From Actinomycetota bacterium (GTDB lineage Bacteria; Actinomycetota; Acidimicrobiia; IMCC26256; VFJJ01): a DNA stretch of 64,000 nucleotides. The translations under genes were made by a program, and so were the position numbers. The stretch lies in assembly GCA_009886115.1 (NCBI GenBank), contig VFJJ01000017.1, forward strand, positions 642 to 64,641, read 5' to 3'. Below the pieces are notes generated by a model, which was not told the DNA's origin, searched no databases, and was given only the letters and a program-made list of their open reading frames with translations. This document shows positions 38,208 through 47,994 of the stretch, piece by piece. How positions within the stretch are numbered: position 1 is the first letter of the stretch; every line of letters starts with the position of its first letter.

Positions 38208-40571
38208 GTGAGCGCAGCGGGCGGGCTGATCATCGGCGTCGACACCGGGGGGACGTTCACCGACACGGTGGTGACCGGAAGTGAAGGCACGATCGCCATC
38301 GGCAAGGTGCTGAGCACGCCGGGGCGACCCGAGCAGGGCGTGCTCGACTCGCTGCGAGCCGCCGCCTCGGCCATAGCGGCATCTGCAGACGCCGGCGTCC
38401 GCGCCTTTGGGAACGTCCGCTCCGCTTGGAGCGCCGGCCCCGCTCCGGCCCGCCTCGGGCGCCGCGACCTCGACCGCGCTGACTTCGACCGCACTGACTT
38501 CGACCGCCGTGACCTCGAGACGAGTGGCATCGAGGCACTGCTCGCACAGACCTCGGTGCTGGCGCACGGGACGACCGTCGGGCTCAACGCGTTGCTCACC
38601 CGCAACGTGGCCCGGGTGGGGCTCGTCACCACGGCCGGGTTCGAGTCGACCCTGGCGATCGCCAAGGCCAACAAGATCCTGGGCCTCGACGAGCGCGCCC
38701 GACGCACGCCGACCATGTGGGACAAGCCCGAGAGCCTGGTCGGCCGGCGACACGTCGTCGGGGTGTGCGAGCGGATCGACGCCAGCGGCGCTGTGGTGGT
38801 GCCGCTCGACGACGACGAGGTGCTCGCCGCGGTCGGCCGCCTCGTCGACAGCGGGATCGAGTCGATCGCGGTGTGCCTGCTGTGGTCGATCGCCAACGCA
38901 TCGCACGAGCGGCGCATCGGCGAGCTCGTCGGGCGGGCCCATCCGCACGTGCGGGTCGCCCTCTCCAGCTCTCTCGCTCCGCGGCTCGGCGAGTACGAGC
39001 GGATGTCGACGACGGTGCTCGACGCCGCCATCGGCCCTCTCGTCGCCAGCTACCTCGACCGGCTCGAGACGATGCTGCGCGACCACGGCTTCGCCGGCTC
39101 GTTGCTCGTCGCCCGGATGGACGGGTCGGTGCAACCCGCGGCCCTGCTGCGCCATGCTCCTGTGAACACGCTGCAGTCGGGTCCGGTCGCCGGGGTGGCG
39201 GCGGCTCGAATGCTGGGGTCGGTGCTCGGGCACCGCGATGTCATCACCGCCGACGTGGGCGGAACGAGCTTCGACGTCGGGCTCGTGGTCGGCGGCGAGG
39301 TGCAGTACCTGTCGCGTCCGATGATCGACAGACGCCCCTTGGCCTTGCCGGTCGTCGACGTCACTTCGATCGGCACCGGCGGGGGCAGCATCGCCTCGAT
39401 CGACGGGCGGCTGCGGTCGCTGCGGGTCGGGCCCGAGAGCGCCGGAGCCGATCCGGGGCCGGCATGCTACGGCCGTGGAGGGACGCGCCCCACCGTCACC
39501 GATGCCGCCGTCGTGCTGGGGTACGTCGATCGCCTGAGCGGGGGGCTCATCCTCGACGCTGGCGCAGCGAGGAAGGCGATCGAGGCGGCCATCGCCGATC
39601 CGCTCGACATGAGCGTCGAGGAGGCCGCAGACGGCATCCTCCTGGTCGCCTGCGAGCAGATGAAGGACCTCGTCCGCCGGGCGACGGTGCAACGCGGGCA
39701 CGATCCACGCACCTTCGCTCTCTATGTCTACGGAGGCGCCGGACCCCAGTACGTGGGCCGCTTCACCGATGATCTCGGGGTTGCCGAGGTGGTCGTCCCG
39801 GCGCTGGCGTCGCAGTTCTCGGCGTACGGCGCCGCGGCCAGCGAGCTGGAGATCGCGGTGTCGCACGACGTGCCCCCGGCACCGGTCGTCGATCGGCTCG
39901 AGCGTCTCGCCGAGCTGGGCGCCGAGCTCGAGGCCACGGCCCGGGCCCAGTTGGCCGAGGCCTTCAGCGTGCTTCCCGCCGGAGCCGACACCCAGGTCGA
40001 TGTTCTGCGCTCGGTGGGCTTGCGCTACTACCGGCAGGTCAACCTGATCGAGGTGCTGGTGCCGCCTGGCGTGATCGACCGCGCGGTCGTCACCGGGCTC
40101 GTCGACGACTTTCGCCGGCGGTACGAGCAGGTCGTCGGAGCGGGAACCTCCAACGACGAGACACCCGTCGAGCTGGTGCGGGTGAGCGTTTCGGTGTCGT
40201 TCCCCGCGCCGAGGGTGCGGCCGTCGCGCCCGATCGGCTCCGCGGCTTCGACGGCGGCGGCATCGACGACGGTGGGGTCGCGGCGGGCCTGGTTCGACGG
40301 CGGCTGGATCGACTGCCCGGTGCACCGGTGGGACGATCTCGTTGTGGGACGGTCGATCGGGGGCCCGGCGTTCATCGAGTCGGACGAGACGACCATCGTG
40401 GTCTACCCGGGTCTCGTCGCCACGATCGACGGTGGAGGCCACGCCCGCCTCGCCCGCTCGACCAGCGCCGCCGGCACGACCGAGGCAGCCCGCTCGACCG
40501 AGGCAGCCCGCTCGACGAGCGACGCCGGCAATGCGGGCGCCTCCCGCCAGAAGAGAACGACACCGCGATGA
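38208..40571 (+). CDS. Hydantoinase A/5-oxoprolinase (ATP-binding) subunit
   Basis: GVDTGGTFTD, HGTT, SGPVAG, DVGGTSFD, ESAGADPGPACYG. Confidence 0.93.
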   Translation: MSAAGGLIIGVDTGGTFTDTVVTGSEGTIAIGKVLSTPGRPEQGVLDSLRAAASAIAASADAGVRAFGNVRSAWSAGPAPARLGRRDLDRADFDRTDFDRRDLETSGIEALLAQTSVLAHGTTVGLNALLTRNVARVGLVTTAGFESTLAIAKANKILGLDERARRTPTMWDKPESLVGRRHVVGVCERIDASGAVVVPLDDDEVLAAVGRLVDSGIESIAVCLLWSIANASHERRIGELVGRAHPHVRVALSSSLAPRLGEYERMSTTVLDAAIGPLVASYLDRLETMLRDHGFAGSLLVARMDGSVQPAALLRHAPVNTLQSGPVAGVAAARMLGSVLGHRDVITADVGGTSFDVGLVVGGEVQYLSRPMIDRRPLALPVVDVTSIGTGGGSIASIDGRLRSLRVGPESAGADPGPACYGRGGTRPTVTDAAVVLGYVDRLSGGLILDAGAARKAIEAAIADPLDMSVEEAADGILLVACEQMKDLVRRATVQRGHDPRTFALYVYGGAGPQYVGRFTDDLGVAEVVVPALASQFSAYGAAASELEIAVSHDVPPAPVVDRLERLAELGAELEATARAQLAEAFSVLPAGADTQVDVLRSVGLRYYRQVNLIEVLVPPGVIDRAVVTGLVDDFRRRYEQVVGAGTSNDETPVELVRVSVSVSFPAPRVRPSRPIGSAASTAAASTTVGSRRAWFDGGWIDCPVHRWDDLVVGRSIGGPAFIESDETTIVVYPGLVATIDGGGHARLARSTSAAGTTEAARSTEAARSTSDAGNAGASRQKRTTPR
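38466..38519 (+). repeat. 15-bp tandem repeat (gacYtcgaccgcNNt), about 3.6 copies, in a HyuA insertion
   Basis: Encodes DLDRA-DFDRT-DFDRR-DLE. Confidence 0.8.
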
Positions 40572-42862
40572 CCGTCGACCCGTTCGTGCTGGAGATCCTG
40601 CGACACCGGCTCGACTCGATCAACGACGACGCGGCCACGATCCTCATGCAGGTCTCCGGATCGCAGATCGCCGTTGAGGCCAACGATCTCAACACGGTGA
40701 TCATGGCGCCCGATGGACGGGTGCTGGCGTGCGGACGGTACGTGCTCGTGCAGGTCGCGTCGATGCACCTGTTCGTGAAGCATCTCGTCGACAACTACTC
40801 CGAGAACCCCGGTATCTCGCCCGGCGACCAGTTCATGACCAACGACCCGTATGTCGGCACGTTGCACCAGCCCGACGTCGTCGTGGTGGCACCGGTGTTC
40901 GTCGACGACCGGCTGATCGCCTGGTGCGGCTCGGCGATCCACGAGTCGGACGTGGGCGGCCCGACCCCGGGCGGGATGAGCTACGACGCTGCATCGATCT
41001 TCGACGAGGCCATCCCCATGGCCCCCAGCAAGATCGTCGAAGGCGGGCGGCTCCGACGCGACGTCGAGCAGGAGTATCTGGTGCGCTCGCGAACCCCCGA
41101 GCTGAACCGCCTCGACCTCGCCGGCCAGATCGCTGCGAACCGCATGACCGTGGGCGCCATCCTCGGGCTCGTCGACCGGTACGGGGTCGAGACCGTCGCC
41201 GAGACCATCGACCTGCTGCTGGGCGCCGCCGAGTCGGAGTTCCGCGACCGCCTCCGGGCGTTGCCCGACGGGCGATTCCGGCACACCGCGTACGTGGAGT
41301 ACCGCCCGAAGTCCTTGGCGCCCGATGCTCGTGAGCAGATCTACGCGGTGCGCCTCACGTGTGAGAAGCGGGGCGATCGCCTGGTGCTCGACTTCAGCGA
41401 GAGCGATCCGCAAGCGCCCGGCGCGATCAACGCCACCTACCCCGCGCTCACGAACTTCTCGATGGCCGCGGTGATGCTGTACCTCGCCGGTGGCCTGGCC
41501 TGGGTGCCGGGAGGTATCTGGCCGGCGCTCGAGATCCGCAGCCGACCGGGGACGGTCGTGCACGCCACCTGGCCGGCTGGTGTGGCGATGAGCACGGCGG
41601 CCACGTGTCAGGCCATCCGCATCTGCGTGAACGCCTGCGCGTCCCGCATGCTCGACGGCGCCGACGACGAGCTGCGGGCCTTGGCCATGGCGAGCTGCCA
41701 AGCGGCGGGCGGTGGTGGCGGGATCGTGTCGGGCACCGACGGTGCCGGCCGCCCGTTCGCCACCATGACCCTCGACGAGCTGACCGGAGGTGGAGGTGCG
41801 CGTTCGTTCGCTGACGGCGCCGACTCGTCGGGGTACACGACCTCGCCGGGCGCCGCGTCGGCCAACGTGGAGGTCAACGAGAGCTACCTGCCCTTGCTCT
41901 ATCTCCGGCGGATCGAGCTGGTCGACAGTGGCGGACCGGGCCGTTACCGCGGTGGGGTCGGCGCCGAGCACGTGCTGCGGGTGCACGGTACGACGCATCC
42001 GGTCTCGGTGCTGTCGTTCGGGCAGGGCCTCCAGCATCCTGCTGCCATCGGCATCGCGGGCGGCGAGCCCGGTGCGGCGAGCGGTTTCGCGCTCCTCGGC
42101 GCGGCCGAGACCGACGACGTGGTGGGCCCCGAGCTGAGGGCGGGGAGCACACCCGCGGCGGTCGGCGTCAGCCACCGACCGACCGTTCGTTTGGTGCCCA
42201 TGCCCACCGGAGGGATGACGTTCTCGGGTGACGAGCGGATGCTCACGGTCGCGCAGGGCGGTGGCGGTTATGGCGATCCGCTCCTCAGATCGCCGGGAGC
42301 CGTCCGCGACGACGTCCTCGACGGGCTGGTCTCGATGGCCCGGGCCCGGTCCGACTATGGCGTCGTGCTCAGCGTCGACGGAACCGGTGGGGTGACGGTC
42401 GACACGCCAGCCACCGACGCCGAGCGCCTCGACCAGCGCCGGCTTCGGCTCGGCGGCGACCCGTCCCGCCGGGCCGCCTCGCCGCGCGGCGGGGGACCGC
42501 TGATCGCCGGAGCCCTGTCGAACGGCGGCAGCGCTCTGCCCGGCGCCGGGAGCACCGAGGGCGCTGGCAGCTCAGCGCCCGTGGTTGGTGAGCGGCTCGG
42601 GGCGTCGCTGCGAATCCACGAGGGCACCGTGTGCTGCGGCCACTGCGCCGGGTCGTTGGCTCCGATCGGCGCCGACCTCCACGCGGCTCTGCGCCTGGGC
42701 GAGCACCCCGTCGATCGCCGAGCCGTGCACGGCCTCACCTATCCCGGGGCCGAGCAGTTCGTGCTCCGTCATTTCTGGTGCCCGCACTGCGCAACGCAAC
42801 TCGACGTGCAGATCGGGCGGGTGGGCGAGCCCCCCGTCCGAACGGTCGAACCCCTGGCGTGA
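40568..42862 (+). CDS. Hydantoinase B/oxoprolinase subunit with fused acetone-carboxylase gamma-like Zn domain
   Basis: NDPY..HQPD, HESDVGG, DSGGPG..RGG, GGGGYGDP; C-terminal CGHC...CPHC. Confidence 0.9.
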   Translation: MTVDPFVLEILRHRLDSINDDAATILMQVSGSQIAVEANDLNTVIMAPDGRVLACGRYVLVQVASMHLFVKHLVDNYSENPGISPGDQFMTNDPYVGTLHQPDVVVVAPVFVDDRLIAWCGSAIHESDVGGPTPGGMSYDAASIFDEAIPMAPSKIVEGGRLRRDVEQEYLVRSRTPELNRLDLAGQIAANRMTVGAILGLVDRYGVETVAETIDLLLGAAESEFRDRLRALPDGRFRHTAYVEYRPKSLAPDAREQIYAVRLTCEKRGDRLVLDFSESDPQAPGAINATYPALTNFSMAAVMLYLAGGLAWVPGGIWPALEIRSRPGTVVHATWPAGVAMSTAATCQAIRICVNACASRMLDGADDELRALAMASCQAAGGGGGIVSGTDGAGRPFATMTLDELTGGGGARSFADGADSSGYTTSPGAASANVEVNESYLPLLYLRRIELVDSGGPGRYRGGVGAEHVLRVHGTTHPVSVLSFGQGLQHPAAIGIAGGEPGAASGFALLGAAETDDVVGPELRAGSTPAAVGVSHRPTVRLVPMPTGGMTFSGDERMLTVAQGGGGYGDPLLRSPGAVRDDVLDGLVSMARARSDYGVVLSVDGTGGVTVDTPATDAERLDQRRLRLGGDPSRRAASPRGGGPLIAGALSNGGSALPGAGSTEGAGSSAPVVGERLGASLRIHEGTVCCGHCAGSLAPIGADLHAALRLGEHPVDRRAVHGLTYPGAEQFVLRHFWCPHCATQLDVQIGRVGEPPVRTVEPLA

Positions 42863-42990
42863 CCATCGCCCCGCCACCGTCGCCCCGCCAACACCCCGTG
42901 ACGAGCTGTGCCGTTGCACGGGATGGTCGGTGATCGGTCAGACTGGAACGCTGCTCGGGCCCCGAGCACCTGTTCGACCTGGAGGCCATC

Positions 42991-43920
42991 GTGACTTCTG
43001 CGATCGACCCGCGCCCGTCCGACCTGGCCACCGACCTCGGACTCGACGTGCGCCCGCTGTCGGGCAACATCGGAGCCGAGATCTTCGGGGTCGACCTCAC
43101 CCACACGCTCGCCCCCGCCGTGGTGGCCGAGATCAGGGCCACCCTGTTGCGCTGGCGGGTGATCTTCTTTCGCGACCAGCATCTCACCCAGGCCCAGCAC
43201 ATCGCGTTCGGGGCGTGCTTCGGGGAGGTCACCCCGGCCCATCCCACGCTGCCGGCGAAGTTCCCCGAGCATCCCGAGATCTTGTTGCTCGACAACGAGA
43301 TGAGCGGATACGGCAGCGTCGCCATCGACAACCGGTGGCACACCGACGTCACCTTCGTGCCCAACCCACCCATGGGCTCGATCCTGCGTGGCGTGGTCGT
43401 GCCTCCCTACGGTGGCGACACGCAGTTCCTGAACATCGCGCTCGCTTACGAACGGCTGTCCGATCCCGTCAAGTCGATGGTCGACGGTCTCCGTGCCGTG
43501 CATCACAACTCGCTCCCGATCGCTCGCGGCGAGATGACCTCGGAGCTCCAATCCCAGTTCCAGTCTCGTGAGATCAAGTCGGTGCATCCGGTCGTGCGCG
43601 TGCATCCCGAGACGGATGAGTTGGTGCTGTTCGTGAATCCCACCTTCACGAGCCACATCCTCGACATCTCCCGGCAGGAGAGCCGGCACATCCTGGCGAT
43701 GCTCTACGAGCACATGGCCCATCCGGCGCACACCGTCCGCTTCCGCTGGCAGCCCGACAGCGTGGCGTTCTGGGACAACCGGGCCACGTGTCACCTCGGC
43801 CCGTCCGACACGCCGCCCGGCATGACCCGTTCGATGCAGCGCATCACGCTCGCCGGCGACGTCCCGGTGGGGCCCGACGGCTTCACGTCGTACTCGCTGC
43901 TGGGCGAGGCTTTCGCCTGA
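42991..43920 (+). CDS. TauD/TfdA family 2-oxoglutarate/Fe(II) dioxygenase
   Basis: WHTDVTF, GGDT, HPVVRVHPET, WDNRATCH. Confidence 0.93.
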   Translation: MTSAIDPRPSDLATDLGLDVRPLSGNIGAEIFGVDLTHTLAPAVVAEIRATLLRWRVIFFRDQHLTQAQHIAFGACFGEVTPAHPTLPAKFPEHPEILLLDNEMSGYGSVAIDNRWHTDVTFVPNPPMGSILRGVVVPPYGGDTQFLNIALAYERLSDPVKSMVDGLRAVHHNSLPIARGEMTSELQSQFQSREIKSVHPVVRVHPETDELVLFVNPTFTSHILDISRQESRHILAMLYEHMAHPAHTVRFRWQPDSVAFWDNRATCHLGPSDTPPGMTRSMQRITLAGDVPVGPDGFTSYSLLGEAFA

Positions 43921-44025
43921 CCGTCACGTACCACCCCGGACCACCTGCCCACAGCGCAGGCCGCGGGCAACGCCATCCGCACAGCACGCCATACCGTCCG
44001 TGAATCGCCGGCCCTTGGAGCACCC

Positions 44026-44868
44026 ATGAGCACCGAACCCGATCCGGCGTACAGCGAGCTGCCGAAGGTCGGTCCCTACGCCGTCGAGATCGGAGGTGCG
44101 CTCATCTCGATGGTCGAGCCCCATCCGGGCACCGAGATCGCCTACAACCGTTGGTACGAGGACGATCACTTCTACTCGGGCGCGCTGGCGATGCCGTGGA
44201 TGTTCGCGGGGAAGCGCTTCGTGGCCACCCGCGATCTCCAGCTCCTGCGCTACCCCGAGCAGTCGCTCATCGCGCAGCCGATCACCGCCGGGTGCTATCT
44301 CCACCTCTACTGGATCACCTTGGGCCGCCTCGACGACCACATCCGCTGGACGAGCGCCACCAACTACCGGCTCCGGGCCGACGATCGGATCCACCTCGAG
44401 CGCACCCACGTGTACACGTCCTTCCAGGACTACCTCGGGGGCTCGACCGCCGAGGCCGACGGGCCCCGCGACATCCACGCCCTCGACCGCGGTTATCCGG
44501 GTGTGGTCATGGAGATCATCGACGCCCACCCGGGCACGAGCCGCGAAGCGCTCGATACGTGGATCGTCGACGACTACGTGCCCTGGGTGCAGCGAGGTCC
44601 CCACGGCCCCGTCGCCCAGACGCTGCGCTTCGCACCCCAGCCGCTCCCCGACGACAAGCAGCCCGACGTGGCCGACATCGAGGGGGTCGAGCGGCGAGTC
44701 ACGCTCGTGCACTTCCTCGATCAGGACCCGCGCCTGCGATGGATGACCCGGTTCTCACGCCACGGTGAGCGGGTCGACGCAGGAGGCCTGGGCCGGATGG
44801 AGCTGTGTGCCCCGTTCGTGGCCGTCGAGCACGGCAGCAACCGCTACGTCGACGAGCTCCGCGACTGA
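44026..44868 (+). CDS. Conserved hypothetical protein (EthD-like alpha-beta barrel, tentative)
   Basis: MVEPHPG.E.AYNRWYEDDH; clear paralogue of 55510..56343; GGAG RBS. Confidence 0.75.
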   Translation: MSTEPDPAYSELPKVGPYAVEIGGALISMVEPHPGTEIAYNRWYEDDHFYSGALAMPWMFAGKRFVATRDLQLLRYPEQSLIAQPITAGCYLHLYWITLGRLDDHIRWTSATNYRLRADDRIHLERTHVYTSFQDYLGGSTAEADGPRDIHALDRGYPGVVMEIIDAHPGTSREALDTWIVDDYVPWVQRGPHGPVAQTLRFAPQPLPDDKQPDVADIEGVERRVTLVHFLDQDPRLRWMTRFSRHGERVDAGGLGRMELCAPFVAVEHGSNRYVDELRD

Positions 44869-44933
44869 GGCTCGCGCTCGCCGGGACGCTCGACGCGGCG
44901 GCCACCCGTCGGGGCCTGCCGCAGTGTCGCGGG

Positions 44934-46199
44934 TCAGACCACGCCCGACTCGGGCTCGGGCTCGGGCAGGTCGAGCCCGTACCAGCGGATGGCATTGCCC
45001 CGCACGATCTTGTGGACCACGTCGGCGGCGAGATGGCCGAAGTGCTTCTCGGCCACTTGGAGGCTCTGGGGCCAGGTGCCGTCCTGGTGCGGATAATCGG
45101 TCTCGAACATGATGTTGTCGTCGCCCACCCGGTGCAACAGCTCGACACCGGTGTGATCCTTGAAGAAGCAGCTCGCGACCTGGCGGTAGTAGTAGGTCGA
45201 CGGGGGCTCGGGCGTGTGGTCGCGTGTGTGGGCCCAACCGCGGTGGGTCTCCCAGATGTCGTCGACCCGCTCGATCACGTAGGGGATCCAGCCGATCTGG
45301 GCCTCGGCGTAGAACAGCCGCAGGTTCGGATGCCGCGCCAGCACCCCCGAGAACAGGAAGTCGACGAGCGACGCCGCGCTGTTCGTGAAGATCGTCGTCG
45401 ACTGGACGGCTTCGGGGGCGTCGGCCGAGGTGATCGAGGTCTTGGTGCCCGAGCCGATGTGCATGCTGAGCACCGTGCCCGTCTCGGCGCAGGCGGCGAA
45501 GAACGGCTCCCAGTACCCCGAGTGGATGCTGGGCAGGCCCAGCCAGGCCGGTATCTCGCTGAAGGCCACGGCCCGCACCCCACGGGCGGCATTGCGCTGC
45601 ACCTCGGCCACGGCGAGGTCGACGTCCCACAGCGGGATGAGGCACATGGGCAGCAGACGTCCGCCACTGGTGCCGCACCACTCCTCGACCATCCAGTCGT
45701 TGTAGGCCTGCACGCACAGGAGCGCGAGCGCCTTGTCCTGGCCGTGGAGGAAGCGCTGCCCGCAAAAGCGGGGGTAGTTCGGATAGCAGAACGATGCCTG
45801 GACGTGGTTGAGCGTCATGTCGTCGAGACGGGCCTGGGTCTGCCAGCAGCCGGGGCGCATGTCGTCGAAGGTGATTCCGCCGATGTGCACCTCGTCGGGC
45901 GAGTAGCCGGCGGCCGCGATGAGCCGCTTCACCGAGTACTTGTGGTCCTCGTAGAACCACCACGCCACGTCGGGTCCCTCGGTGCCCGGTGCCTCGATGT
46001 AGTTGCCGCCATCGAGGATGGGCGTTCCCGTCGGTGCGAGCACGATGCGCGGGCCCACGTCGCGGTAGCGGCTCGGGAGCCGGCTCGACCACAGAGCGGG
46101 GGGCTCGACGACATGGTCGTCGGTGCTCACGATCCACGGGATCGGGTTGGCAGCAGTGCTTCCGAGGGGTGAACGGTCGGTCGTCGCAGGGTTGGTCAT
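44934..46199 (-). CDS. Amidohydrolase_2 family protein
   Basis: STDDHVVEPP, AYNDWMVEEWC, EAQIGW, FETDYPH. Confidence 0.9.
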   Translation of the reverse strand: MTNPATTDRSPLGSTAANPIPWIVSTDDHVVEPPALWSSRLPSRYRDVGPRIVLAPTGTPILDGGNYIEAPGTEGPDVAWWFYEDHKYSVKRLIAAAGYSPDEVHIGGITFDDMRPGCWQTQARLDDMTLNHVQASFCYPNYPRFCGQRFLHGQDKALALLCVQAYNDWMVEEWCGTSGGRLLPMCLIPLWDVDLAVAEVQRNAARGVRAVAFSEIPAWLGLPSIHSGYWEPFFAACAETGTVLSMHIGSGTKTSITSADAPEAVQSTTIFTNSAASLVDFLFSGVLARHPNLRLFYAEAQIGWIPYVIERVDDIWETHRGWAHTRDHTPEPPSTYYYRQVASCFFKDHTGVELLHRVGDDNIMFETDYPHQDGTWPQSLQVAEKHFGHLAADVVHKIVRGNAIRWYGLDLPEPEPESGVV

Positions 46200-46297
46200 C
46201 GCGCACCTCGGGCTCGCCTGGCAGTCGGCGTCCACCTTCGCCGGTGGTGGCCGGCCCTGACAAATGGTGCGGCAGGGGCGACCTGTAGCGTGGGTTC

Positions 46298-47623
46298 ATG
46301 GCGACGGGAGGGGCCCAGCCGGCGATGACCGCGATCGATGCGCGACTCCGGGTCGACGACACCATGAGCGACGGTGAGCTCGCCGAGGTCACTCACGCCT
46401 GGCTCGATGCCCATCTGCCTCCCGCCTGGCGCGCGGCCGGCGACCGGGGAGGGGTCGACGCCGTCAGGCAGGTCCGTGATCGGCGCGCCTACGAGGAGTG
46501 GTACCCGGTGTTCGGCGCCTCGGGCCTGGTCGTACCCACTTGGACCGTTCCCTACGGGGGCTTGGGTTTGCGGTCGGCGCAGGCCCGGGTCATCGAGACG
46601 GTCCTGGCGCCGTACCATCTCGGCCGGCTGAACATCCTCGGCCTCAACAACACGGCGTCTGCACTGTTCGAGCACGGTACCGAGGAGCAACGCCTCCGGT
46701 TCCTCCCGCCGATCGTGCGCAACGAGGAGATCTGGTGCCAGCTCTTCAGCGAGCCCGGCGCCGGCTCCGATCTGGCGTCGCTCGCCACCAGGGCGGTGCG
46801 TGACGGCGACGAGTGGGTGCTCCACGGTCAGAAGGTGTGGACGACCTGGGCCCATCTGGCCCGGTGGGGCATCGTCCTCGCCCGCACCGACCCGACAGCC
46901 AGCAAGCGCAAGGGCATCACCTATTTCCTGCTCGACTTGCGCCAGGCCGGCGTCGAGATCAGACCCTTGCGCCACATGGGCGGCACGGTCGACTTCAACG
47001 AGGTGTTCCTCGACGGTGCGCGCGTCCCCGATTTCCAGCGGGTCGGCGCCGCCGGCGACGGTTGGCGGGTCGGGAACTCCACCCTGGCCGGCGAGCGCCA
47101 GATGGTCGCCGGCTCCGGCTCGGGCGGGGTCGACCGGATCGGCGGGCAGGGCACCGACCGTCTCGTCGAGATCGCCAGGGCCCAGGTTGCGACCACGGGA
47201 GTGCGGCTCGACGCGGTGCTGCGCGACCGGCTCGTGGGCTGCGTCATCGAGGAGCGGATCCGGTCCTGGACCAACCTGCGAGTGCGCGCCGGCCTCAAGG
47301 CGGGGCGTCCTCCCGGGCCGGCCAGCTCGATCGGCAAGGTGATCCAGGGGGCGCTCAACCAACGAGTCCAGCTCGTCGCCGTCGAGATGCTCGGGGCCGC
47401 CGCCCTGGCCTGGCCGGGTCCCGAGTCACCGACCCCGTCCGACGGGGACTGGGCCGCGACGATGCCCGCCCAGCTGCGTGGCATGCTGCGGAGTCGGGCC
47501 AACACGATCGAAGGCGGTACCACCGAGGTGAACAAGAACATCCTCGGCGAGCGGGTGCTGGGTCTGCCTCGAGAGCCCGACCCGTGGGACGGCCGACCCT
47601 GGGAAGAGATCCCCCGAGCCTGA
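46298..47623 (+). CDS. Acyl-CoA dehydrogenase (FadE type)
   Basis: WCQLFSEPGAGSDLA, GQKVWT, FNEVF, TIEGGT; TAGCGT -10 6 nt upstream of ATG. Confidence 0.93.
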   Translation: MATGGAQPAMTAIDARLRVDDTMSDGELAEVTHAWLDAHLPPAWRAAGDRGGVDAVRQVRDRRAYEEWYPVFGASGLVVPTWTVPYGGLGLRSAQARVIETVLAPYHLGRLNILGLNNTASALFEHGTEEQRLRFLPPIVRNEEIWCQLFSEPGAGSDLASLATRAVRDGDEWVLHGQKVWTTWAHLARWGIVLARTDPTASKRKGITYFLLDLRQAGVEIRPLRHMGGTVDFNEVFLDGARVPDFQRVGAAGDGWRVGNSTLAGERQMVAGSGSGGVDRIGGQGTDRLVEIARAQVATTGVRLDAVLRDRLVGCVIEERIRSWTNLRVRAGLKAGRPPGPASSIGKVIQGALNQRVQLVAVEMLGAAALAWPGPESPTPSDGDWAATMPAQLRGMLRSRANTIEGGTTEVNKNILGERVLGLPREPDPWDGRPWEEIPRA

Positions 47624-47661
47624 CTCCCGCGGTTGTCGTGAGATTCTTGTCGTCTTCTTAA

Positions 47662-47880
47662 GTTGGATCGGAGGCCACCGGCGACCTGACGCTCCGGGGG
47701 ACGACGAAGTCCGTCACCTTCGAGCTCCAGGCTCGGCGCAACGGCGACCTCATCGAGGTCAACGGCAGCATCCCGGTCGTGTTCGAGGAATGGGCCATCC
47801 CCTACCCCAGCTTCGGCCCGGCCCAGACCGAGGACAACGGGATCATCGAGTTCCTCCTGGTCTTCGAGCGCTCGCCGTAG
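47662..47880 (+). pseudogene. C-terminal remnant of a YceI family gene
   Basis: EATGDLTLRGTTKSVTF...GSIPVVFEEWAIP.PSFGP...EDNG.IEF.LVF*; in-frame TAA at 47659 and no start codon. Confidence 0.8.
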
Positions 47881-47994
47881 GCACTGCCCCGAAACCTCGG
47901 TGTCTTGACACCTTGGCAGCGGCCGTCATAGACCGCAGGGTCGCCAGGTGGCGCTCGGGCCGTCGGGTCGGGGGCCGAGGTCGGGGAGAAGTCG

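Noticed and set aside
47905-47934. TTGACA-N18-TAGACC promoter for the M24 operon
   Set aside because: Plausible, but the -10 lacks the conserved final T; not enough support
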